A stretch of DNA of 64,000 nt from Pseudovirgaria hyperparasitica (lineage: Eukaryota): assembly GCA_010093815.1 (NCBI GenBank), contig ML996578.1. One strand, 5' to 3'. The position numbers and the translations under genes were made by a program. The notes below the pieces were generated by a model that searched no databases, was not told where the DNA came from, and saw only the letters and a list, made by a program, of their open reading frames with translations. Shown in pieces: positions 13,252-24,676 of the stretch (the first letter of the stretch is position 1; every line of letters starts with the position of its first letter).

Positions 13252-14830
13252 ATTGGCTACTCACCTATCAAAGAGGCAAGCACTTTCACCCCTGCATCCT
13301 AATACCCATTGGCTAGGAGTAGCATTCCTTGGCATATAGTCGTGATTAGATGTATCCAGAATGAAAAAAGGAAAGTGGACTCTTATGTCGATCGTTTCTC
13401 GACGTGCTTAGCATTACGTCCGCGGTATGTGGAGTCTATAGACCAAGAAGCTTTCCTATTAGTCGGACAGGTGTCTAAAGAGGGAATTTTATCTCTTAGT
13501 CGATCGTTTTCGCGGCTGCTTTGGTGTGCATCCGCAGTGCATAGCCAAGAAAAGATCTCATTGGTCTAACACACCTTCAAAGAGGAAATCTTAACTCTCT
13601 GTTAATCGTTTTCGCGGCTGCTTTGGTGTGCATCCGCAGTGCATAGCCAAGAAAAGATCTTATTTGTCCAACACACCTTCAAAGGAGAAATCCAATACTC
13701 GTGTTGATCGTTCTCGGTTATCCTGCAGTACATCCGCAGTGCGTTAGGTAGAAGGTGGAGAGGATGTCGAGCCTGACATTAATGCGCATCCTATTGGTCG
13801 GATACAGATCTAAAGGGGATATTCCATCTCCATGTCGATCGTGCTCTCGGCTTTCCATCGGGGAGCTCTGCTAGTCTTCCGTAGGTGGATAGATTCTAAC
13901 TTAACTAGGTATAGATACCGGTAGTGGAAACCATGAATACTATTGGCTCACGGACTGTCGAGAGGGAAAGTAGATTCTCATGTCAATCGTCTTCTCGGCT
14001 ATGCGCCGGGGAACTATCAAAGCCTTCCGTAGCATGGGCTCAGCGACCGATAAAGATCTCATTGGCCAGACACGTCTTCAAAGGAGAAATCTCATCGGCA
14101 TGTCGATCGTGCTCTCGGCTTTCTGTCGGGGGAGCGTTGTTCGTCTTCCGCGCATGGACGGTATAAGATTCGGCCAAGCATGGGAGTGATGAGAGATATC
14201 TTATTGGCTCATGCACTGCCGGCGAGGAAAGTGGATCTTGTCGCTGATCGTGTTCTACCACTACGTCCGCTGTGCATTAAGGAGTGGGACTGTGCGGGAG
14301 AGCTTGACTATACTGAGTATAGCCCGTCGATGATAGAGTCTCCTCGATATATAATATACGCTTATTGGCTGATATGTCTGACTAAAGAAAGACTTGACTG
14401 TATCTAGCATAGATCAGACCAGCCGTTTTCTCTACGCTCATTGGCCCACGCACCACACAAGAGGAAAGTGGATTCCACATGTCGATCGTATTCTCGGCTT
14501 GCTAGTTTCTGCATCCGGGGGGCTCATGCCCCTGTCTTCCGTCCCCAGCGCTTTACCCAGAACTTACTAGACGACCTGCGGGGCTCCAGAACGCTATGAG
14601 ACATCATTGGCGCAGCCGAGTTCAAAGAGGGAATTTGAATGCTGTGTCGATCGTTTTTTCGGCTATGGTGGACGGACATGTACCCGCATTAGCCTCAACT
14701 AGACAGCTCCACCGTGCTATACTTGGAGGTGGGTACGTATCCACAGATGACTCCACTATCTTACAATGATGTCATTGGTGCATCTGACTTCGGAAGAGGG
14801 GAATCTGCGTGTTATGTTGATCGGTTTCTC
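13252..14830. repeat. Degenerate array of a tripartite ~55-bp motif separated by variable spacers
   Basis: ATTGG/ATTAG/ATTTG at 13345, 13458, 13560, 13662, 13793, 13942, 14061, 14203, 14440, 14606, 14774, each followed 39-41 bp later by a TGTCGATCGT-like motif; partial units at 13252 and 14364. Confidence 0.9.
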
Positions 14831-16534
14831 GACGATACATGATGCGGTTCCGGTAGAGTACATACGCACCCTGACATCCAACCCGGTCTTCCAGGGGTGC
14901 ACGGTATCCACACGTGCGTGTAGAACGATGGGATCAGCTTCTTTGCACTTCCATTACCGAAAGTGATAATCTTCCGCTTTTTCTCATAATCTACCACCGT
15001 TGACCGAGGGCCAAATCAGCAAACCGTCATCCTACTCTGATCTCCGTGAGACTACCTCTTTCCGTGCATTTCCACTGGCAAGCCGACAAACTTGCAAACC
15101 AAGAGTACCCTCAACTTAACATAAACGTACTACCCGTAGCTATCTTCTTGTGCTCGATATAAATTCACGCGTCAAGAGCCTAGCCGCCTCCCCGAAATGG
15201 CCGAGCCTGAGACAGACTGAGTGATTGAAGCGGTCTGTGCGGGACTTTTCTCGTGATACCGAGTGGTGCCCACTCAAGATATCCAACCCGCACGTCTCTC
15301 TTGCTTGTTCCCTATACACCATGACAAACCAAAGCTACCGCAACGTCGCACGTAACATATGTCGACATCCATCGATATCTTCCCCAACAAGAGTGGCCTC
15401 TGCCTCACATGGTACCACCACCCCATCGCCAGCTCACAGCCTCTATCTGAAAACACTCCACGATGACACCACCTCCTTCCAAACAAACCTCACCAAGAAG
15501 AAGTTCTCCCACGCCCCTTCACGTCATTACTTGGCTCGTATCGATCTCCGCGTGCCGGTCGTTGCAATCGTGCGAAGTATAGATGTCGTTGGGCGGAGCG
15601 GCAAGGAAGGCCTGGCTTGAGTCGTGCTCTGCGAGCTTGCTTCCGCGCTATAGCCCAATCACAAGCTCAAACCACTATTCCTCGCTCTCCTTCCGCCATA
15701 GCGATACACAGTCCAGGATGTATCATGTATGCGTAGATCGAAAGCGGCCGACTCTGCTCGTGGTGTGATTCCAAAGCCGTAGGCATAGGTGAGTGAGGTG
15801 GAGCCATCATGTGCAGATGATGCATCCATCCATCCATCCATCCATATCCATAGCGGCGGCGTCCGTGGGGCCGAAACCCGTTCGAACAGGCAGGCAGGCA
15901 GGTAGGTATCGCGTCGGCGGTGAAATGTGGATGTGGATGTGGAAGTGTCCTGCCAGAGACCAAGGGAAACGATAAAAAAGCACGCTCGTACCTCGTGGCA
16001 CGGATTTTACGAGCGGTGCTGTAATACTAGTATATCGAGCGAGTCCAAAGCAGGACGGCCACCTATCAATGTACTCTGGATAAAACAAACATTGTCGGAT
16101 GGCGTTATTAGGGGCCGCAATCGCGGAGCTTCACTCGGTTCTCTACTATCCTACTATAACCCGCTTGTTCATTACAATAATTCGCCGTCTGTATTTGTCC
16201 TTGTTGGGTCGATTTGTAGTCTCAGATCTGCGCATCTACTGCACGTGCGTACGTACCACCCTCAGCCTACGTACTTATCAGTCGTGTTTATGTACTTAAG
16301 TAAGAAGATAACTCTAGCTCCTTGTAAATAATTTTTCTTAACTCTTACCTACCGTTCTTACTCCCAAAAGCGGTAACTTGGGTGCGGGACTAGTAGAGTT
16401 CAGATTTGTTGAATACGGAGGATAAGAAATATTAAATACATATATATAGAGAGAGAGAAAGAGAGAGAAGTAAAGGATGCGGGCGGCGGAGTTTGAACGA
16501 CGGCAAAGGGGTTGACTTTTGGTCTCGTTGTGTG

Positions 16535-16601
16535 TCTGTCTGTCTGTCTGTCCGTCTGTCTGTCTGTCTGTCCGTCTGTCTGTCTGTCTGTCCGTCTGTC
16601 C

Positions 16602-16633
<32 letters not shown>
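16535..16633. repeat. (GTCY)n tetranucleotide microsatellite
   Basis: Uninterrupted GTCT/GTCC run. Confidence 0.95.
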
Positions 16634-16636
<3 letters not shown>

Positions 16637-16860
16637 CTTGTGTACGTCCCGTGGATGCGAAATTCTTTTCACCTGTCTCGACGACCGGGAGGGGGGACTT
16701 GCGACACGCATGTATATGTACGTATGTACAAAACCACATGGATGTAAGCAAACGGGAGGAACCATCTTATTACGGGAGTGAATTGACAGGAAACGCTTCT
16801 TCATACGATGCCCATGCGCATGCTGGCGTCGGTAATCTTCTTATAGAGACCTACACACTG

Positions 16861-16900
16861 ATAGACTTATAGACTTATAGACTTATAGACCTATATACTT
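16861..16900. repeat. 8-bp tandem repeat (ATAGACTT)n
   Basis: ATAGACTT x3, then ATAGACCT and ATATACTT. Confidence 0.85.
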
Positions 16901-17186
16901 CTATACCTCACGCTACTATATACTAATCGACAAAAATAATCCCAAAAATCCACACATATACAGTATAGTATAGTCATGACATGCGCGGACGTTATATCTA
17001 TCCCTTCCAACTCCACTCTCACAAAACAGTATAAATGCTGCCGCCCATATAAACCAAACCTCCCAAAAATCCCAACGATAACATACCCGAAAATGCGTTC
17101 TTCGTAACGGTCGTCTAATCCATGCGTCTACGCAATCTAATCAATGCCTCCACCCACCCCTCCCCATCGCCCTCTCACACCCACAC

Positions 17187-20100
17187 TCACGCAGGCGACG
17201 ACGGTACATCCAAAACACCCCTCCCAACCAGCGCGCTCTTCCGCGCAATTTTTTCAGCCATACCCTTGATAGGGCCCCCAGCCAACAGCTCAAACACGCT
17301 GACCTGCGCCCTCGCCTCCCTAAAGATCCAGTTACGCACTTCGACAGCCACGAGACTGTCGACGCCGTAGCTGCTGATGGGCTTCGAGGTGTCGATGTCT
17401 GTTTCGGGCATGAGGAGACTGGAGGCCAGCTTGGCGACGAGTGCGTCGAGGACGAATGTGGTTGCTGCTTGGAGCGATGCAGCGCCTGGGAGGAGCATGT
17501 TGAGAGATGCGGATTTCGTTGCTGTCATTGTTGGGGTTGATGTTGAGTTTGTGGGCTCCGGGATGAGGTCGAGGCGGCGGTACCAGGAGAACCTGTTGTC
17601 GTGGGCCCAGAGCGGGTTGAAGATGGAGGACTGGGCAAGCAGGCCGCCGGACGAGATGCCGAGTATAGTCTCGGCGGGTGGAAGATCCGCGTCTGGTGTA
17701 TCCGGCCTCGTCGAGAAATGGGGCGTCAGAAGGGCCTGAACTTCTTCCATCGTAATAGTTCCCACACCGTCACTCTTCAACCCCTCGACGATACCAGACT
17801 TTTCACTTCCTGCAAGCCAGCCAACGCCGGTGGTGACGGTAAGAGCAATGGCAGACCCGCGTAAGCCTTGAGTCTGACGGTATGTTGCAAGTGCGTTCTG
17901 GTAAGCGTTACCGGCATTGTAATTGGCCTGGCCTCGTGTGCCTACGACGCCTGCTACGCTGCTCATGAGGATGAAGAAGTCAAGATTGTTCGGGAGGAGG
18001 GTGTGGAGATTGTACGACCCTTCAATCTTCGGTCTCGCTGCTGTACAGTAGGTGTCGTAAGACATCTTTTCAAACAAGGTGTCGGAAAGAGACATGGCGG
18101 AATGGATGAGACCAGCCAAGGGAGGAAGCTCGCATTCGATTCGGGTGATGGTGTCCTTCAGCTCTCCAAAGTTGCACACGTCACAGGCGTAACCCTTGAC
18201 ATCTGACGCTCCCATTTGCTCCAACTCGACCATCTTCTTATAAGCGTCAGGGCTGTTCGCTCCGGATCGGGAGATGATGGCCAAATACTTGGCGCCATGT
18301 CTGACGAGGTATTGAGCCAGACTGTGGCCAACGCCACCAAAGCCTCCAACAATCATATACGTCGCATCCTGTCTTAGCGCGAGCGAACTTGGTCTAGGCA
18401 CCACTGCGACCGTTGTGGAAGCATTGGACGTGACGACGACTGGATCAGACGATTGGCTCAAATCATTCAGCGCGGAGGAGATCTGGGACATGTCATAGAT
18501 CCGTGTACCTTCCAGATTCCGCATGACTCGCGGCATGCTGAATGCTTTCGTCATGGCGTCATGAAATTGGTGGTTGCCTTTTCGAGCTCGTCTTGACATG
18601 GAAGCGTTGAGGTCAACTCTGGTATAGGTGAATGGCATTGTCGTATCTGGTAGGACGAGGGGCTTCTGTTTCTGTAGCCACGGAATGTCGATCACATGGA
18701 CAATGCGACTGCCTTCATCTGTTTTCATTTAGCAAAGAATTGCAACACAAGAGTAGTTCAAGATCATACCTTGAGATAGACAGTCACAAACCGCATCAGT
18801 GATCTCCTCGTCCTGACCCAGTACCACTAGTTCAACACCCTCTTGCCCTGTTGCCTCTAGTATCACTTCAGCACAGTCCTGTTCATCCTCGATCAAGATA
18901 GTAGTTTGGTTGAAGAAGATGCTATCGTGCATTGCAAAGAGCTTGCGCCATCTTCTGATCAGATCCGCTTTCTGTGCTTGGCTCTTGACGACTATCCAGA
19001 CTCTAGTGCTCTCATGCTGATGGCTCATGCTGATATATCTTATCAAACTGAGTGCTGTTTCGTTTGTGGTGCATAGTAAGAGTATGCTCGTGGCATGGGC
19101 ATGTGGCCCCAAGACTTTGTGCGAAACGACAGCATCATGAGACAACGCACAGGCTTCCTCGTATTGAACTCCTTGTGGGAGAAGCTTGACTGAGCTGCGT
19201 GGTACGCGCACTCTGTTCCGAACCAGGCCACCCGAAGGTTCAAAAATGACGACACGGTCACCTAGGAGTAGATCAGAGAATGTCGCCCGTGAGCCTTGTT
19301 TAGTTGGTGGAAGTCTTGAGATGAACCCAGCCGCAAACTGTCCGAGGACGGTATTTGTTGTCTGGCCACTGAAGGTATGGTAGTCAACCGATCGAAGATG
19401 GACCGCTTTGATCGAAACTTCGACCTCGTCATCAGCCAGCTCTGTTGTCATCATCTGTTCATCTACCACGAAGCGTAATGAATCGTATTGGCCAGCGGCT
19501 CCTATGTCCAGACTTAGCGGTCCTGGCTCCTGTTCGAATGACGTTTGCACCAGCTTTGCTTCTCTACCACACTCGACCTGGAGCAGCTCGTTCATGTTGT
19601 TCATTTCTTTGACCCTCGGAATCATGACTTTTCCGTCGCGGACTGCATACTCGTATTCCTCGCGATCGTACTCTTCCACAAAGACACTTCTGAAGACAGC
19701 AACCACATTTTTAGCCGCACTCCGTGACTCGTCCTCGCAGTCGAGGTCCAACGTGTACAATGCCAAGCCAGAGTCCTCATTGCGCATCGATCGAAAGATG
19801 CCATGAACAGGGGCTAGATCAGGGCGGGAGCATTCAATTTGTGCGCCTCGCGTGAGCCAAAGTGTACCGGACGAGTGCATGGTCAACTGTCGAAATGCTT
19901 GAAAGTCATGTTCGGACATGCCGGAGATGAACGGACGCTCGAGCTCCAACAGCGATATGCATTTACGATCTTTGCATGCAGTAGTAGCAGTTTCGACATC
20001 CATGACCACTGCACTATGGCCTTGGCTCAAAAGCTCCGCCTTGACTGCGTCTGTGAGTGCGTTGATTGCTTGAGAAACTTCCGTAGGTTGGACCAGAATG

Positions 20101-23100
20101 ATTTCGTCAACAGCATCAGCCACTTGCAGGCTTGGTGACGATTGAGGCCGAACTAGTCCGCAGATAACAGCGAAACCATCGCGTTGGAATCGCTGATGAA
20201 TGCTGTTGAAGCCTCGAGCAGCCAAAAGTTCATTTGTAATTGTTGGGTTCCAATCGCTCCTAGCACCCGTCGTGTTTTGCTGTAACAGTATGATCTTGGC
20301 ATCCATATTCAGTAGCAATCGCAGATTGTCCAAAACCACGCCAGCGTCTTCAAGCTGAACGCTGTCGACGTTGAAGATGAGTAAATGGTACGTATTAGCG
20401 ACATATCCTTGTTCTTGCGGATCTTTGTGTATTTGCAGAGGCCTAAATTCCAAATGTCCGGCCCAGTTCTCGAGCTTCTCGCAAATTCGTTTCCCATTAT
20501 CATTGGTATTCGTAACGTTGTATTGAAAGAACGGCGGCGCAGTCTCTGCGCTGTGCAACGAGTGCAGTAGCATAGACTCGACGAACGGCATTGACCGCTG
20601 GCCAACCTCCAAGACCGACCCCTTCGGGGTCTTGTGCGCAAGAATGGAGCAATAATGTAACAAGAAATCGTCGATCGAAGTGTCATGTGATAGGGATGTC
20701 GAGATAGACTTCGTCCCGAGGTTCACGTCCTCGTTCCAGACAAAGGCACTACATAGCTTCGCCTTTGGATCAATAAAAGTACTTGCGTTGGATGCTTCGG
20801 TAGGAGCATCGAATCTTGTATAGCCGACACCTTCGAGGATCACTTTCGGTGCACTGAAATCCTCATTTCCGAATATCATGTTACCCTTCACGCCTCGAAG
20901 ACCATGCTGAGACGAAGTCGCATAACCTCTAAATGTTCCTCCAGTATTTTGGGGAAGATCGGCAGAGACATAGATACGTTCGATTGATGTCGGCACCATT
21001 GAGTCGGAGGCAGTCAGTACAACCGTCTGGAAAAGGCCATCGAGCGTCGTAGGATGTAGCAGATGGGGCTGCTCAAAGTTCTCTGGTAGAGAAGACTTGG
21101 TATCAGGAATCCTGATGGTAGCCGTCACCACGCCAGATGGCGATAGTTTTAATTGGTGTACTGTCTGGAACATTGGGCCGTATTTCAAGCCGGTGGCCTC
21201 GAATTTGGCATAGACATCTGCGGGAGCCACGGGCGTAGCGTCTACGCAAGATTGTTTGTATATCTCTTGTCTTTTGGTCCAATGTAGCTGTGTGAGTTTT
21301 GTGTCCTTGTATAGCACTCTGAATTCCCCACTGCAATGCTCTTGCCAAGGCTGCTCGCCTAGCCGTGCTGTGATGTGGAAAGCATGAATCAGAGTGCTCT
21401 GCGGCAGTGATGCTGGAGATGCTGTGTCCTTTGGTCGTATTGTTAGGCTCGTTTCCAAGCCTTGTGGCGTTGTGGGTATAATCATAGCCTTGCCAATCTT
21501 AACATTCTGCAATTCGAAGCCTTGCACGACTTGCTCAGTATCCAAAATCTGTCGAGCTGCTTCGAGGACCATGCATAGCATGCCAGCAGCCGGGTACAGC
21601 ACGGTACCTTGGACTTGATGGTCCAAGACCCATGGCATTTCCTTGACCCTAATCGTGTTTCGCCATTTCATATCGATGTTGTTCGAGTCTGGCGTCAACG
21701 CGCCTACGAGATCCAGGCGAGGCAGTTTTCGAAAGCGATATGCAGCGCTTGCACGAGCCTCATGCCAGTAAAGCTTGGAGTGATTCCAAGGATAGGGTGG
21801 TAGATCCGTGATTAGCTTCGAGTCGGTACTCCCGTTGCGGCACAGGCTGGATAGCGAGACAGGGTACCCATGGGCCCATATAGTGCCCATGGCAGATAAT
21901 AAGCTTTGGGCAGAATGCTTGTTTCGTATCAGGGTAGAAGCGTATATAGGCTGTGGCTGCCCCATTCCCTCGAATATTTGTCTTATGCTAGATTGTAATG
22001 TTGCATGGGGCCCGATTTCAACGATAATATCTGCTCTATGGGAGGCTTCGTGGTAACGCTTTGTATCTAGATTATACGCCATTAACTTTTCCAGCGCTGC
22101 GGTAAACTCGACTGGAGAAATCAGATTAGATATCCAGTATGATGGCCCAAGATCCAATTGACGCTCGTTAGGATACACAGTTGAGAACATCCTGGGGGCG
22201 CCATTCTCCGGCTTGGCAGTAGGACGAATGTGCTTGATTGCATCGGTATACTTGTCCACGACCTTTCGCATGTACGGTGAGTGGTACGGACATTCAACCT
22301 TGAGTAGTCTTGCAAACACGCCGTCAGCATCGAGCTGTGCTCTGAGCTTCTCAATCCCAGCAGCGTTTCCGGAGAGGGTCACGTTTTTGGGACTGTTGAT
22401 GCAAGCCACCACAACATCACTGACGCCCGAGTCTTTGATGGCCTGTTCTGCTTCATGTCTGGACAGACCGACTGCCATCATGCTGCCCTGTACGTCAGGG
22501 TCTCGTGCCAACGCTGCGCTACCGCGGCCACGATGGTATGCCAAACACCAGGCATCCTCTCTTGAGATTCTGTGCGACGCATATGCAGCTGCGATCTCGC
22601 CGCTAGAGTGTCCGATGACCGAAACCGGTTTGACGTCCCAGCTGCAAAGTAGGTCGACTATCGCGACCTGGAGGACAGTACACAGGGGTTGACTGTATTC
22701 AGCTTGGTCCAATTTTGAGTCATACTGGTTTCGGGAAAGCTCTGTCAGGGCGGACCAGGGTGCTCCGAGACTCTGCATATACCTATCGGCAGCAGCGATA
22801 CTTTGACGGTATGTGTCGTACACGAGGAGCTCATGTCCCATTCTTCCCCAGTGGCCGCCCTGGCCGTTGAATACGAAAGCGATTTTCGGATTGTCGGTAC
22901 TGCGTTGGACGGTTGGAGCTGTCAAGCTTGAGCCCAACGCGGTATGCAAGTCAGTTGTCGAAGTTGCAACGGAAAAAGATCTCCATGCAAAGGTCGAGCG
23001 CCGAGAGCACAAGGTGTAAGACAAGTTACTCGCCAGCTCCTCGTCCACAAGATCTGGGCGGTGGAAGCCATCTAGGTAGGAGTGAGTGGTATTCATCAGC

Positions 23101-24676
23101 CTCGTGACTCCACTTTGCTCAGGTGAAGACCACACGTAAAGCTTTGGTGATGTTGTGCTTTCAGGCTCGGCTATCCCATGTATGATCTCAAAGGACATAT
23201 CGCTTGAAGCTTCCGAAGGCGAGATGCTGTCAATGGACAGAACATTATGGTTCCCGACAAGCCCGTGATTTCGAAGGTAGCTTGCAGCATCATCGATGAT
23301 AACGTGGGCCAATGTTCCGCCAAAGCCAAAGCAGTTGATCGATGCCCGCCTGATACCATGGGTAGGCCAGGTTGTGAGCTCTGTGGGGATGGTCACTCGG
23401 TAGGCGTCCAGGTCATTTTCCGGACTGGGTTTCTCAAACCATAGATTTTGGGGAATGAGGCCCTGTTCGACGGCCATGATAGCCTTGAGGATGCCAGCAA
23501 GGCCAGCACAGCCTTCGAGATGACCAATGTTTGGCTTCACGGAGCCGCACAGAATGGTCTCACCAGGTCGTCTGTTGGCGCCGATTGTTCGTCCTATTGC
23601 ACGCAACTCGGCCGCGTCTCCCGCAGTTGTCCCAGTGCCATGAGCCTCGAAGTATTGTGTGTCGAGCATGCTAAGACGTGCTTTGCGGTATGTAGACGCT
23701 ATGAGATCAGCTTGAGCGTCACTGCTGGGTAGAGTGATTCCAGGAGTCTTGCCATCCTGGCAGACAGAAGAGGCCCTCACAACAGCGCGGATCGTGTCAT
23801 TATCGCGGATCGCATCATCCAAGGATTTCAGAACCAGAATGGAAAAGCCTTCGCCTCGGGCGTATCCGTTGGCACGGTGGTCGAAAGAGTAACACTTGCT
23901 ATCTGGACTGAGAAAGTTCAGCTGACCCATGCTCATGATTGGATCCGGTGCAAGTATGGCACCAACGCCACCTGCAAGAGCGACGGTGGCCTCTCCCGTC
24001 CTGATGCTCTCACAGGCTAGGTGGAAGGCGACAGACGAGCCGGAACAGCCAGTGTCCAAGGTCATACTAGGACCTCTGAGGTCGAAGAAGTGGCTAATCC
24101 GATTGGACAGAAATGCAGTGCTGTGGCCAGTGGAGCCGTAGACTGGCAGATTCTCTGCATCGATTGCAGCGCTGGACAGATATCAGTGGAGGTCATATAA
24201 AAATTCGGGAGGACAACAAACAGTGGTTGATAGTCTTTCATGAACGAGCCGACGTAGCATGAGGCCTGGCTACCGGCGAGCTGGGACATGCAGATGCCGG
24301 CATTCTCAATAGCCTCGTATGCAGTCTCGAGTAGAAGTCGTTGCTGAGGATCCGTGGATACGGCCTCGGCAGCGGTCAAGGAGAAGAATGGGGCGTCAAA
24401 GGCAGCAATGTTCTGTTCCAGGAAGTAGCCACCACGGACGTTGATGGAGCCATGTCTTTTCGAGTCGGGATGCCAGAAGGCGTCTATGTTGAATCTATCT
24501 TTGGGGATATCCTTCAAGGCACAACGAGCATTGACGAGGAAGTCCCAGAACTTCTGGGGAGAAGTGGCGGTATCAGGAAAACGACATGAAAGGCCTACGA
24601 CAGCTATTGGCATAGCAGGGTCATACTGTGGGGCACTTTTGGCAGATGGCGAATGGAGATTGTGTTGCGATGCCAT
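17187..24676 (-). CDS. Highly reducing iterative type I polyketide synthase KS-AT-DH-(psi)MT-(psi)ER-KR-ACP, 2 introns (~24172-24221, ~18720-18769)
   Basis: KS PIAVVGLSCRFP, DTGCSGS, EAHGTGT, NIGHLEG; AT GHSSGE; DH HQVQGTVLYPAAG; KR IVGGFGGVG and YNAGN; ACP YGVDSL. Confidence 0.95.

Noticed and set aside
13981..14125. Resemblance of ATCG..TTCTCGGC to the metazoan U2 snRNA 5' end
   Set aside because: No GTGTAGTA branch-recognition sequence or Sm site follows; likely coincidental.
13924..14407. Short ORFs over the array as a protein repeat
   Set aside because: Inter-box distances vary by non-multiples of three, and equivalent frames contain stops in other units.
13252..14830. CRISPR array interpretation
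   Set aside because: Eukaryotic context, highly degenerate units, spacers partly homologous to each other and irregular in length, and no cas genes.
16400..16872. ORFs with CLSV/QTDR repeats
   Set aside because: Artefacts of the (GTCY)n microsatellite.
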